Shown here: positions 35,405 through 48,010 of the stretch, piece after piece
Numbering within the stretch: the first letter of the stretch is position 1
Layout: each line of letters begins with the position of its first letter
Assembly: GCA_024137785.1 (NCBI GenBank)
Contig: JAHRHZ010000049.1
Location: 5,975,295-6,039,294 of the forward strand
Source of the DNA: Ginglymostoma cirratum
Taxonomy: Eukaryota
Reading direction: 5' to 3'
DNA length: 64,000 bases
Notes under the pieces: generated by a model
Database searches by the model: none
What the model saw: only the letters and a program-made list of their open reading frames with translations
Told to the model about the DNA's origin: nothing
Made by a program: the position numbers and the translations under genes

Positions 35405-36810
35405 ATATTAAAGAAAGTAGCTACAGAGATAGTGGATGCGTTGATAGTAATCTTCCAAGAATGCTTGTCTGGAAAAGTGCCAGGGAATTGGAAAACAGCC
35501 AATGTGAAAGAAAGGGAGACAAAAGACAGTTAACCATAGGTCAGTTAGCTTAACATCTGTAATTGAGAACATATTAGAATCTATTATAAAGGACATAACA
35601 GCAGTGAAGCATTTAGAAATACATTTCTTTTAGTTCACTCATAGGACATGGGCATTGCTGGCTTGCTCAAGTAGATGTAAACGGTGGATGTAATATATCT
35701 GGATTTTCAGAAGACATTTCATAAGGTACCACGCAATTTACTAAGGTATGAGCCATGGTTTTGAAGTTAGTCTATTAGCATGGATAGAGGATTGGCTAAC
35801 TAAAAGAGCACAGAGTTGGGATAAGGGGAACATTTTTAAGATGGCAGACCGTAACAAGTGGAATGTCACAGGGATCAGTGCTGGGGCTACAATTCTTTAC
35901 AATATATCTTAATGACTTGAATGAGGAATATCAACGCACTATGGCCAAGGTTGCAAATGACAAAAATAAGTGGGAAAGCAAGTGGTGAGGATGACACAAA
36001 GACCCTGTGGGGGAATATGGACAGGTTCAGCAAGTGGGTAAAGACCTGGCAAATATAATGTGGTGAAATATGAGGTTATGCGCTTTGGCAGGAGAATAGA
36101 GGTGCAAAATATTATTTAAATATAGAAAGACAGCAGGAAGATACAGAAGAGAGAGAGTTGGGAGTCCCCTTCTATGAATAAAAATGCTAGTATCCATGAT
36201 CAGCAGTAAATGAAATGTTGGCCTTCATTTTGAAGGAAATTAGTATAAAAGTAGTGACGTTTTATTAAAACTGTAGAAGGCACTCATTGGACCACAAATA
36301 GAATACTGTGAACTGTTTTTGGGCCCTTGTTTAAGGCACGATAGACTGGCATTGGTGGCAATTCAGAGAAGATTCACTAGGCTGATGCTGGGAGAGGTTG
36401 AGCAGTTTGGGCCTGTACTCATTGCAATTTGGAAGAATGAGCTGCTGAAATATAGTAGATTCTTGGGGTTGGCGGGATAAATGTGGAAAGGTTTCCCTTT
36501 GTTGGGGAGTCTAAGATCAGAGGGCATGATCTCCAAGTAATGGGTTGCATGTTTAAAACCGAGATGAGAAAGAAATCATTTGAGAGTAGTGAATCTGTGG
36601 GATTCTTTACCACAGAGGGCTGTCAAGGTTGGGTCGTTAAGTATATTTTAGGCTTTAACAAATAGATTGTTAATTAGTAAGGAAATCGAGGTTCTAGGGA
36701 GAAGGCAGGAAAGCGAATTGAGGCTTCTCAAATCAGCCATTATCTTGTTGAATAGCAGGGCAGACTTGATGGGCTGAATGGGCCACTTCTGTTCCTTCAT
36801 TTAATGGTTT
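35405..36810 (+). mobile_element. Decayed CR1 LINE
   Basis: gtggatgtaatatatctggattttcagaag (VDVIYLDFQK), cagggatcagtgctgggg (QGSVLG), ERFPFVGESKIRGHDL, CR1 3' UTR. Confidence 0.88.
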
Positions 36811-37099
36811 TACTATGGTCTTATGAATTTCATTGTAGATGTGATGCCAAGTATGTAGGCTGTGTGCCCCAATGACTGATGGATCATCTCAAACCTTTTG
36901 CAACAAGCAAGTTCCATTGATACCGAAACAGCCCACCCTTTCAAAATTTTCCACACAATACTCAACATTAGATGTGATTGTACAATTGGATGAGATTTTC
37001 TGGATAATTCTCAGTATGTGTAGCGTTACACTGACAACCATTTTAGGAATGGCAGTCAGCCTGTCAGTGTGGCGCACTTGCATGTACTTGATGTGTTAA

Positions 37100-37435
37100 C
37101 ACACAGGACTCATACTTTGCAGACAGCAAGAGCATATACATGCACTGAGCTTGTTTCAACTCAGCAAGATTGGTGACAGCCACTTGCTGGTTTATTTCTC
37201 AGCACAATGCCCCGACCAATCAAAATTGATCTGCTTGATTTAAAATTTAAGCAAAGCTTGGCTGTACATCATTAAGAGATACATTTTCCAACATCTCTAC
37301 CAATCACTGTCCACTTGCCAACTAATCAGCGTTCTCCTTTCGTGCAGTGTAAATGTAGGTTTCTGCTTGAATGATATTCTTGCCAATTGCCTTGATGAAT
37401 GCAAGACAAAAGCTTTGACAAAATATGTCTTCTTT
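37100..37435 (+). mobile_element. Family D hammerhead-bearing repeat, decayed
   Basis: tgcc-TTGATGA-ATGCAAGAC-AAAAGCTTT-GACA at 37388-37420; upstream ctctaccaatca is the complement of the 6750 and 35290 segments. Confidence 0.5.
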
Positions 37436-38369
37436 AAACAAAATTCAAATACCCCTGTCTCTCAACAATCTGAATGGATGCTTTTTCTGAATATAACCTG
37501 TGTTTCCCAGAATCTGTGGGGTAGATTCTCAGTTTCTTCGTGGCGTGAGGGTTGTGGAATGAAAACTGAGCCTTCTCCTCACTTCTGCTTACCTCTTCTG
37601 AGTTCGTCCACTCAGCTATCAGATTGGCTTCTTTTCCACTGGACAGCCACCAATTGATAATCAGAACTACAAACTGGAGCTCCACCTCTAACTGGGGAAC
37701 TGGGTTGAGAGGTCATGGGGTAGAGCGGTAAGGTTGCAAACATGGGGCCTGTCATAATTGCAGGTTTTGAAGGCCTGCTCTATGAATCTCTATTTATATT
37801 TTACTGGTGTAAAGAAAGTGAAGAAATGAGTTTAATAATTGTGCAGGAGCAGCCAGCTTCGTGAGCAGCATCTGCTGCTGCAATTCGGTAGGTCTTTTCA
37901 TCAGCTCATGTGCTACCTTAGTGTAGCTGTTGGAAACACTCCCAAACCTTTTCACCTCTGATGCTCAAAAAATGCTGTGGGCAGTGGAAAAAGTTGCACA
38001 TGATTGCAATTTGGCAGTAGCCTGCTAATGAATGGTTTCAGCATGGTAGGTGGGTTTCTGATTTACATGTCTGCTTGTTTTGCGTAACTTCACAGATTAG
38101 CGTGATGATGTCATATTGCTAACCTGACATCACCGCATCTTATTTTACATTTGTGGTGGGTTTGGAGGATAGCACCTTACACAGTTTGTGGTGTAAAATC
38201 CAGCCTAGTGCAAGGCATGTTTAACTCCTTGTTAGTCAAATTTTACTTGAAATTATTTTGCTGTAAGCAATATAAGAATCCTCTTGTGACCCAAATCCCA
38301 TTGCTAGCAGTCAGGAACTAAAGATTATGTAATAAAGTAGTCACTGTAATGTTATTGTTGCATATTCAG

Positions 38370-38474
38370 GTGGATGAAGAGGACGCAAAGACAGCAGGAG
38401 TTGATGAGTTACCCCATCCTCCTTCAAAAGTGAGGTTTCGTGAAATAGCAAACAAAGTAAAGCAGAAATCGAAG
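38370..38474 (+). CDS. CC2D2A: CC2D2A exon (VDEEDAKTAGVDELPHPPSKVRFREIANKVKQKSK)
   Basis: tcag|GTG; matches recalled human SRVKFHDSARKIKPKPQ; donor AAG|gcaagt (GC) or AAA|gtaaag at 38456, both phase 0. Confidence 0.82.
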
Positions 38475-39397
38475 GCAAGTTTTCCAGATTAAATCAGACA
38501 AGTTTTCCTTCATGTTTTCAATCATTATCACTCTTCATGTTGTGTAGTTAAATTAACTCAAATTAGCATTTGTGGTAAATTATATAATTGGAGTTTGGAA
38601 GCCAGCATACCTTTTTCAGTTGATCACTGCCTTCTGTAAGACAATATTCTACAATTGGGCACCACTTTTTCAACAACCCTGAGGGTACTAATAGCTACAT
38701 GAGCAATCAATTTAAGATAATTGGTTGAACTTGTACTGTGGATTATTTACATTTGCTAGAAGTGACATACTTTCTTAAATAGGGACCTGTTGTCTGTGCA
38801 CAAAAGAAATTTGTTCAAGTTGCTCCTTTTTTGAAATATCACTGAGCTTGACAAGCCTACTGATTCCTGTTTTCTCCACAATAACATCTTGGCCAAGCTG
38901 TGTTGACTTATCAATTCCTCAGCATCCTTTTGACATGTGCTGTAAATTGGTATAATTGTTTGAAATTTGGCATTCTTAAATTTGTTCTGAGTGAAAAATG
39001 AAAAAAAAAAGCAACTTTTTTTTTGTTTCAGCAATATTCAAACTCTATACCTGTAAGCAACTGCTTTAGATGATTATGTTTAACAACATTGCTTTAAATG
39101 ATATCACAATTCTGTGTAATCAGCATTTTGGAACCATTATTCTATCTAGTTTTCAGCAATCAAATATCATTATCTTCCCCATCTTTAACCTTAACCCTTT
39201 TTTTCAAAATGTGAGATTCTGTTGTGCCAGATTGCTTTAATATTCTTCTCCATGCCTTGTTCCACAGCTCTTTGAGCTGATAATGTTGAGCTCAATTTCT
39301 TTCCTTACTCTTATTCCTTTTATTCATTTCCTGTTACTTAATGCTTTAGCCATAGTGACCAATTCCTTTTGATCAGTTTTATCATAATCTGTTTCGC

Positions 39398-39808
39398 TCC
39401 AATGATTTGAGTACAAAAATCTCTTGCATCTCAATGCAATACCAAAGGAATTCTGTTTTGGCAGAAGTGCTGATTTTCAGATGAGATGTTAAACAGAGGT
39501 TTTGTCTTCTCTCTCAAGTTGATATAAAAGATCTTGGCATACTATTTCAACAAAGAATAAGGGTATTATCCCAGCACCCTGACTGAGATTTATTCCTCAA
39601 TCAACATCGCATATTGAATTAGACAATTTCATCATTCTCTGTACAATCATTATTACATTGCTGTGAATGGGAGCTTGTATGTGCAGATTGGCTGTCACAT
39701 TTTATGTATTATAGTGTGAGTACTGTTCAAAAATGTATTTCAGCTTTTGTAAAATATTTTGGGAAGTCTGTAAGTTATGAAGTTCACTATTTAAATGCAT
39801 CTTTCTTA
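39398..39808 (+). mobile_element. Deu-domain SINE (SacSINE1/AmnSINE1-like)
   Basis: ttcagatgagatgttaaacagagg, taaaagatc, atttattcctcaatcaacatc, acattgctgtgaatgggagcttg, gattggctg, ctatttaaatgcatctttctt follow the recalled Deu consensus in order. Confidence 0.75.
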
Positions 39809-41054
39809 ATCTTGAAAACTTTCTTTCAAACTTGATTTCCAATTAACTGGTTATCTTTTTGTTGTTTGCATCTTTTTGAGGTAGCTTTCCTGTAATCAGG
39901 TGATTGGTTATCCAAACAGACTTTGAAATTTGGATGTACTATTCATTTGTTTTAGCTATATTTTCTGTTGCTTTGTCGTCAACAAAGTTTACTGTTTGTT
40001 TGTATGCGTGAGCCATTTATCTATCCATATGCTAATAACCTTGCTTTGAAATTCTTGGGCCACAGTCCTGGCAGGACCAGAGGGCCAAAGTGTAACCCTC
40101 TATGCCCAAGCCCAAAGGTGTGGTCTGCATACTCAACTGTAAAGGGGAGTGTTACCTGCATTGCTGCATTAAGTGCTTTTCTCCAGTAAGGTGCTCCATG
40201 TACGGTTGGAATGGTGCCAACCTCTAAAATATCAGAGCAGGCACTGGATGGAGCCAACCAAAATCTTTCCTTTGAACATCTCCCAATGGCACAAGGAAAC
40301 ATCATGGGAAAGTTATCCATGCTGGGCAATATGGTACAAGTATTCACCATTCTGAGAAGGTGCAGTAGAATGGTTAGTAGGTCAGTAGGTCTAGAAAGAG
40401 ACATCTTAGAATCGAGGTTAAATACAGTAATTTTAGAACATAGAGCATCAGAAATGTGATTGTACAGAGAATGATGAGACTGTCTAATTCAATTCCAGAC
40501 TTGATAGTTAAAACAGAAACTGTACAGTTTTAAAATTAAGTTCATTAGGTGAAGGGTTATAGGTCCAATGCTGGTGTATAGTCTTGGACTATTTGCTTCA
40601 ATGGAAGGTAATCAGTTATCAGTGTTGTATTTGTGATGTATTTATAAAGTTAGCAAATAGGGCCTTACTGAATTTGTTAAGAACTCATATTAACATCGTG
40701 CATTAGATTTCTGAAGCTCTACATGGACTAAATGGGTCAAACCTTCTGGTTTGGTGGGGCTGGAACAGGAGGAAGGGCGTAAGATCTCAACTTGATTTTA
40801 CAGAGATACTTGGTTGGGGCAGAATTTTGGTAGATTGTGTTTTATTGCAATTTCCTACCAATTCTATGCCTAAAGGCCAAAAAAAACTCTTGATCCACCC
40901 TCCGCAAACCCCAGAAAATTTGCAGCTTCTGCTCATTTGTATGAACTTCATTTACATGAATCAGATTACAGCAGGGAAACCCACTTTCGCTGCAAACGTA
41001 TCTTTTCTGAGAGTCAGGCATATTCTTGCGACTGGCTACATAGAGAACAAGGGC

Positions 41055-41133
41055 CTGATTTCTCTCCACAGATGTTGCCAGACCTGCTGAATTTTTCAGC
41101 AATCTCTGTTTTTGTTTCTGATTTCCAGCATTC
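41055..41133 (+). mobile_element. PLE-like single arm, family C, no hammerhead core
   Basis: ctgatttctctccacagatgttgccagacctgctgaatttttcagcaatctctgtttttgtttctgatttccagcat. Confidence 0.75.
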
Positions 41134-41557
41134 GGTTATGTCCAGCCTTACTAGAAAATGAGTGCCTGCAACTGAGACTTTTTAAACAATGCTATTTTGC
41201 TAAGATTCTGAAATGTCTAAGTCATTTGTTTATTATTCCACCTGCATGCCACCCACCGTGCATTTCCTTTCTTGCAAAGTCTACTGAGCAGATATTCGTA
41301 TAAGAGGCAGACAGTTTACTTGTTTAAGGTTCAGTGTTTTAACTTTCAGCAGATCCTTATGAATGGAAAACATTACAAAACTGAACAATGCGAGTTCTTA
41401 TAACATATATGATTTATAATTGTCTATGCTTAGACAGTTACACAGCAGACTTAGGTGAATGACTGCCAGTGCCAACATTTTTCAGTTCTTGGTATTGCGA
41501 ACTAGAAATGTTTGGATTATGTCAATATCTCTGCAAAACAGATATCATTGTAAGATC

Positions 41558-41866
41558 TAGAGATAACACAGTGTTGAGCTGGAGGAACGCAGCAGGCCAG
41601 GCAGCATCAGAGGAGCAGGAAAGTTGACGTTTCGAGTCGGGACAATATGAAGAAGGGTCCCAACCTGAAACGTCAGCTTTCCCGCTCATCTGATGCTGCC
41701 TGACCTGCTGTGTTCTTCCAGCTCCACGCTGTGTTCTTCCAGCTCCACGCTGTNNNNNNNNNNTGTTCTTCCAGCTCCACGCTGTGTTCTTCCAGCTCCA
41801 CGCTGTGTTCCTCCAGCTCCACGCTGTGTTATCTCTGACTCCAGCTTCGGCAGTTCTTACTATCTT
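41558..41866 (+). mobile_element. PLE fold-back element, family B, with internal minisatellite
   Basis: Inverted arms; aTGAAGAAGGGTCCCAACCTGAAACGTC; 11-bp TSD attgtaagatc at 41547-41557 and 41867-41877. Confidence 0.85.
41707..41830 (+). repeat. 21-bp tandem repeat (gctgtgttcttccagctccac), at least 5 units, spanning a 10-N gap
   Basis: Read directly. Confidence 0.9.
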
Positions 41867-42790
41867 ATTGTAAGATCGCCTGGATACTATATGTAACAGT
41901 AATTACATAAGTCAAGATGTAGGGAGCTCAGTTTTCATCTGAGTACAGAGGCATAATGTGATATATGAATGGCTGTATTTCTTTCTGGAGGAAACTCAGT
42001 TTTTTTTCTGCATTCCCAACTCTGTACCATTTTCCTCTGGCCACTTTGTGGGTCATGAATATTAAATGTAAAAAGGACACAAACCTGCCCTTGCTGAGTG
42101 GGTTCCCCATTTTACTGGTGGATAAAAATTGGATTTTCTCCATTCTTTTTTGATGGTGTGAGTTCATGGAAGCCCGTTAAAAGCATGTCAGGTTTGAGAA
42201 TTCATGAAGAAAATGGAAATCTATTGAGGGAGTGTGGAACATCATCAAAGGTACATGAAACAATTCACAAACCTTTAAGTGTCACTATTATGTACTGTAT
42301 TACAATGTAAATATGTTGTTAATGCAGTAATTTGTCATAGAGATTTATCCTTCAAGGAGGAACTTACTCTTCCATTGATCAGCGTGGTACATTTGTTCTC
42401 GTGCATTTACAGTGTTGCTGTAATGGAGACAGAGAGAGCACTAGAATACAGTGAAAAATGTCCTGTCAACTGGTGCTATCATCTTTTCTGCTGTGGGTTA
42501 AACAGTTCTGACTGATTCTAAAATTAACTGGCTTTGACACTTCGAAAAATATCTACTCTTGTAAAAATCTAGCCACAGTACATTTGATTGACAGGCACTC
42601 TGCTTTGATATAGAAATGAGCATCTTCCACTCTTCTTAGTGAGCAGCCTATTGTTTTAACAGCTGTGGTCATGATCAATCCTTTAGTTGAGATTGAAGTA
42701 CTGGTGAGCTTCAGTACAGTAGGTGTTCCTTTCATCTGAAAATTAAAGACAGTTTCAAGAAGTCTTAAAAACAAATTGTGTGTTTGGTAT

Positions 42791-43359
42791 CAGAGATAAA
42801 AGGTACTGCAGATGCTAGAGAATCCGAGATAACAAGCATGGGGCTGGATGAACACAGCAAGTCAAGCAGCATCATAGGAGCAGGAAAACTTGACGTTTCG
42901 GGCCTAAACCCTTCATCAGAAAGGGNNNNNNNNNNNNNNNNNNNNNNNNNNNNNNNNNNNNNNNNNNNNNNNNNNNNNNNNNNNNNNNNNNNNNNNNNNN
43001 NNNNNNNNNNNNNNNNNNNNNNNNNNNNNNNNNNNNNNNNNNNNNNNNNNNNNNNNNNNNNNNNNNNNNNNNNNNNNNNNNNNNNNNNNNNNNNNNNNNN
43101 NNNNNNNNNNNNNNNNNNNNNNNNNNNNNNNNNNNNNNNNNNNNNNNNNNNNNNNNNNNNNNNNNNNNNNNNNNNNNNNNNNNNNNNNNNNNNNNNNNNN
43201 NNNNNNNNNNNNNNNNNNNNNNNNNNNNNNNNNNNNNNNNNNNNNNNNNNNNNNNNNNNNNNNNNNNNNNNNNNNNNNNNNNNNNNNNNNNNNNNNNNNN
43301 NNNNNNNNNNNNNNNNNNNNNNNNNTGCTGTGTTCATCCAGCCCCATGCTTGTTATCTC
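42791..43359 (-). mobile_element. PLE fold-back element, family A (contains a 400-N gap)
   Basis: Nearly identical to the 17041-18185 pLTR; 14-bp TSD tgtgtgtttggtat at 42777-42790 and 43360-43373. Confidence 0.88.
42892..42919 (-). ncRNA. Minimal hammerhead ribozyme, intact core
   Basis: Minus strand ttt-CTGATGA-A-GGGTTTAGGCCC-GAAAC-GTC-aag. Confidence 0.8.
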
Positions 43360-45104
43360 TGTGTGTTTGGTATGGTTTTTGGTTTTGTTGACACATGCCA
43401 ATTGGATTACAAGGTCTTTTTCACATGGAAGAATGCATGTTTTTCTCATAGTATCGACGATTCACAGAATTTTGCTACATGGATGCTGGTTTTTCCACCA
43501 AGGATTATAAAATAATTTCTCTTGATATTGTGTGAAATCTGAAAATTTTATGTGCTGCATTCTTGGCGAGTGGCTATGTAGAAAAAAATGGGCATAGAGG
43601 TATCTGAGGAGACATAGTCTGACATAAATTTGTGTGTAGGGTGGGGCAGAGACAAGAAGAATTAGGTTCAGGGGTCTCTGATGCATTGGAAGCTCAGAAT
43701 CTCTGTTGGTGAACTGACATGGGCCTACTAATCAACCACGATGTAAAAAAGCCAAACATAAAGTTCACATTTGGATTGGTCATACAGTTTTCAAAATGTG
43801 AAAGTGTGGAGGGAAGGTTTTCCCAAACCCAGAGCTTGGTTTTGGCCCGTGTACCCCCTTAATGGTTTAAAATAGCAAAAGATGAAATTTAGAGAGCGAG
43901 GAACCCTGCTAGTATGGTTGCTTAACGTGCTCAAACAATGCAGAACAGTATTCAACAGAATCAATGGAATGGTGAGCTGCAAGTCAGCTGCAGTAACATT
44001 GGTTTTATCAGAATATATCTTCAACAAAGTGTCCATATTCAAGTGCTCGGGGCACTGCTATGAAGAGCCCAAAGCTAATCCTTAATATAGAGGTCTGTGT
44101 TGAGATCAACTTGAAAAGTAGGCATGTGAGATCTGCTTTTATGAATGACTGTTAAAGCTATGGAAAAAAAATAAATCTGAACTGATACTTTAAATCTGAG
44201 AACAGGACAGTGCCACAAATTAAAACAAATAAAATGTATATTTGGGACTGCTAGCAGGAAATTGTTTACATTAGCAGTGATCTGTGTGTGGAAGCAGCCA
44301 GTTGAAGTAGTGGGGGTAAATATCCTGGTAACATGCATTACTCACTGGAATGACAGGTAAAGCAAGTAAAGAGAGCCAAATGACCTTCCTTAGCTGTAAC
44401 TGCCCAATAAAACGGAGATAGGAAATGCACAGCAGAAAGTATATAAAAGAGGCATCAAAATTTCTGAAAGAAAGGTGTAAAATTTGTCAAAGTTGGTCAG
44501 CCCTAAATGACCCAAAATGTGAACCCATTTGCTGTAAAGCATGTCCAATGATCTTCTGTGCATAGTCAGAATTTGAATTTTATTTCAAATTTTCAGCATT
44601 TGTGTTTCTTAAGCTAAATGTTTTGTTTGAATTTAATCATGTGCTTCCACGAAAGGAAAACTGAAAGTCTCTTCTAAGAGAATTATAAATGCATAATTTT
44701 CTACATTGAAACATTCAGTATTTTTCAACAGTTTCTCAACTTTTGATTTGCCTATAGTTGAGATGCTCCAATTTGCCTCTTTAACTGAAATGGCCATTTT
44801 CTTCCTTTCCTTTTTTTTTCTTCTTTTAGATGGCTTTGGCTTTGTCTAGAATAAAATAGTGTTGAACAGAGTTTTCTTTTCGTATACATTAGTAAGAGAT
44901 TCCAGATGGTGAGATATTAATGTTTGTGCTTTGTTGCCAAATACCATGTTTAATATTGAAACAGGATATTTTGCTTATAACCAAGTTTAACAAGAGTGAT
45001 GTCATGTAATTATAATTAATGCTATTTGTTAGCACCTAATTTCCTATTAATATGTAACTGACTTATGAAATATTGCTTAATAACTATTACTTCACATTGC
45101 TGGT

Positions 45105-46440
45105 TAGACAATGAAACATAGGCACCGGATACTGCTACAGACCCTGACAAAATTCCAGCAATAGTATTGTGCTCCAGAATTAATTAGCTGTGTCTTTAGC
45201 CAAGCTGTTCCAGTGCAGCTGCATTGCTGGCATACACGTGGCAATGTGAAAAACTTCCTAGGTATTTCCTGCCCACAAAAAGCAGGACAAATCCAACCTG
45301 ACCATTTACTGCCCACTAGTCTACTCTTGATCATCAGCAAAGTGATACAAGGGGTCATTGACATTGCTATCAAGTGTGGTACACGCTCAAGAATTATCTG
45401 GCCACTGACGCCCAGTTTGGGTTTCACCAGGGCTACACACTCAGTTCTTAACCTCGTTACATGGTTCATCATGGACAAGAGTGCTGATTTCCAGTGTAAC
45501 GCTATCAGCGAATGCCACTGACATCAAAGCAACATTGACGGAGTGTGGCATCAAGGAGTCCCTGGGCATCCCTGGATATTACTGCAGGATGTCCTTCGGG
45601 GTAGTATTTTAGAGCCAACCATCTTCATGCTGCTACACCCAAGACCTTCAGTCCACAATAAGGTCAGAAATGGGGAGGTATGCTGATAATTCCACAATGT
45701 TCATTATAGTCGTAACTTCTAAGTTACCGAAACAGACTGCGTCTTCATGCAGCAGGATCTGAACAGCAGTTAGCTTTGAGCTTATAAGTGGCAAGTAATG
45801 TGCATCTGAGAGGAGTGCCAGACAATGACCATTTCCAACAAAAAAGAATCTAAACATCACTGTTTGACATTGAATGGCAGTGCCATGCCTGAATACCCCA
45901 CTTGGGATTACAATTAACCAGAAACGGAACTGGACTAGCAGTAAATATGGTTGCTCCAAAAGCAGGTCAGAGGCTGAGCATTTTGTAACAGATAATCCAC
46001 CTTCTGACTTCGCAAGGCCTGTCAAACATCTACAAGGCAAAATACAGGAGTGTGGTGGAATAATTTCCATGCAAATGGATGAGAGAAGCTCTAAAAACAA
46101 TCAAAAGACAAATCAATTCACTTGTTTGGCATCCCCTCCATGCAGATCTTCAGCATTCACTCCCTTCATCACTGACACACTGTGGCAATAATGTATGCCA
46201 TCTATGAGATGCACAGCAGTAGCTCACAAATATGCCATCAATAAGACCTTCCAAACCAGTGACCTTCCTGACCTAGACTTCAAGGAAGCAGTTGCTTTGG
46301 GTTAAAATCATGGGACTCCCTCTCTATTAGCGCTATGGGTGTGAAAAGCACCCCTTTCACTACTCACCCCATGGATTGCAGTAGATCAAGCAGGCAACTC
46401 ACAATCGATTAGGGATGAGAATAAATACCTGACTAGATAG
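45105..46440 (+). mobile_element. CR1/L2-group LINE RT region, decayed
   Basis: cagtttgggtttcaccaggg (QFGFHQG), tatgctgataattccaca (YADNST), GITINQKRNWTS, tail ttagggatgagaataaatacc. Confidence 0.8.
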
Positions 46441-47292
46441 TTGTGCACTCAAGTAATTTTTTTGAAAAATGTCTTTAAATTACGCTCGGGCACAGTGCAT
46501 CTGATTAAACCAGAGCAACATAGTTGTACTTTGCTTTTGGACATGTATTTGCTATGTAACTTATTTGGGAAGGAATTTTAAAATATTATCCAATCTATAT
46601 GCAAACTGGTAAATTATAATTCCAAGTCAATAAGTTTTTTTTTAATGCAATGACTGAGTCTCCCAAATTGAGAAAATAGGATTTTTAAAAGTCAAGAGAC
46701 TATTTATTTTCCTTAATTGTATAATTGCTATTGGCACTTCCATGCTAAAGGGATTCTACATGTCAGCTTTTGGCTTTCCCTTCTATCCTTTCTGCTATAT
46801 TTTCACAGATCGCTTTGTCACCCTAAAAAGTGTATAATTCATCACATATGCAACCAACTAAGTCCTTCATTTGGGTAAAAATCATTAGGGACATGGGCTT
46901 CAAGCAACTAAAACCAGTTGATTGTTTTAATATGTAGAGTACAAAAAAGAAAATCTGAATAAACAGCACATAACCTGAGATTTCATGTCATTATTTGGAT
47001 GCCAATGCTAGGAACAGTATTGTACACTGGAAATTATTGATCCAGTTTACAGATCTATGAAAATAAGGAAAGTAACTTTGTGAATAGTACGCTTCCCCAA
47101 TAATTAGTTTGCTCTGTGAAATGTAGGAGCCATACAATGTGCCAACGTGGCATATTTAGAAAATGTGTCATCACATTTTCATCGTAACACACAGTGAGGT
47201 TTCAGTACAAGTATTTATCTATTAAATGTTAGACTGAATTCAGTACCTGAGCATAATGTATATACCTTTACTGTAGTCTTAATTATTAAGAG

Positions 47293-47397
47293 AACTACAA
47301 TGCTGGAAATTAGAAACAAAAACAAATTGATGGAAAAACACAGCAAGTCTGGCAGCATCTATGGAGAGAGCGGTGAAACTGCTTCAGAACCCTTCTA
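47293..47397 (-). mobile_element. PLE-like single arm, family C, decayed
   Basis: tgctggaaattagaaacaaaaaca...cagcaagtctggcagcatctatggagagag...aacccttct. Confidence 0.65.
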
Positions 47398-47791
47398 TTT
47401 GTGATGCTGTGTTGAGATGATATTCCAGTTGCTGTTAAATGAAGAGGAACTGAATTTGTAGAACAGTTTCCACTACTGGTACGGCACAACAATGGTTTAA
47501 TATTGATACCGGAAATGATGAAGAAGTGGAGATCATAATGATGAGATTTGTGGTTTTAAGGATTGATGGACTGGTACACATGCCAGTCATGCCTGATTTG
47601 TATTATTTCATACTTAGTCTCTCCTTGCAGAAGAAAAACGTATTCAGATTTTGCAAAAGTATGAGTTTTTGTGTTTGTAGCAAATTTGTCAGCAGCATCA
47701 CTACTTGTCTTTTCAGTTGAAAAATCTGCACATTTCTCAGCATAGCATTGCTGCTGGTTTGTTTAAGTTGATATATTTATGTAATTTACAG

Positions 47792-48010
47792 GATGGGTTT
47801 CCTTCTGCTGAAGAGGCATATAACTTCTTCACCTTCAATTTCGACCCTGAACCTGAAGAAGCAGAGGAAAAGTCAAAAAAGCAGAAACAACTTGAAGCAC
47901 TTAAAAGTATTGACCAGGAAGATGACTTGGAGGATGATGGGGATGGGGAGGAGTCAGCTGTCAGAACGGAAGCGGAAGAAGAAGAAGAAGAAGAAGAAGA
48001 AGAGGGAGAG
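47792..48010 (+). CDS. CC2D2A: CC2D2A exon ([23 protein letters not shown]...[12 protein letters not shown])
   Basis: acag|GAT...GAG|gtaaac, 219 nt; [21 protein letters not shown] is identical to recalled human CC2D2A. Confidence 0.96.
47975..48001 (+). repeat. (GAA)9 coding microsatellite (poly-Glu)
   Basis: Read directly. Confidence 0.95.

Noticed and set aside
40021-40404. 127-aa minus-strand ORF and overlapping plus-strand ORFs
   Set aside because: No recognisable motif or splice context.
41707-41830. CRISPR-like array
   Set aside because: Head-to-tail units with no spacers, in a vertebrate intron; it is a minisatellite.
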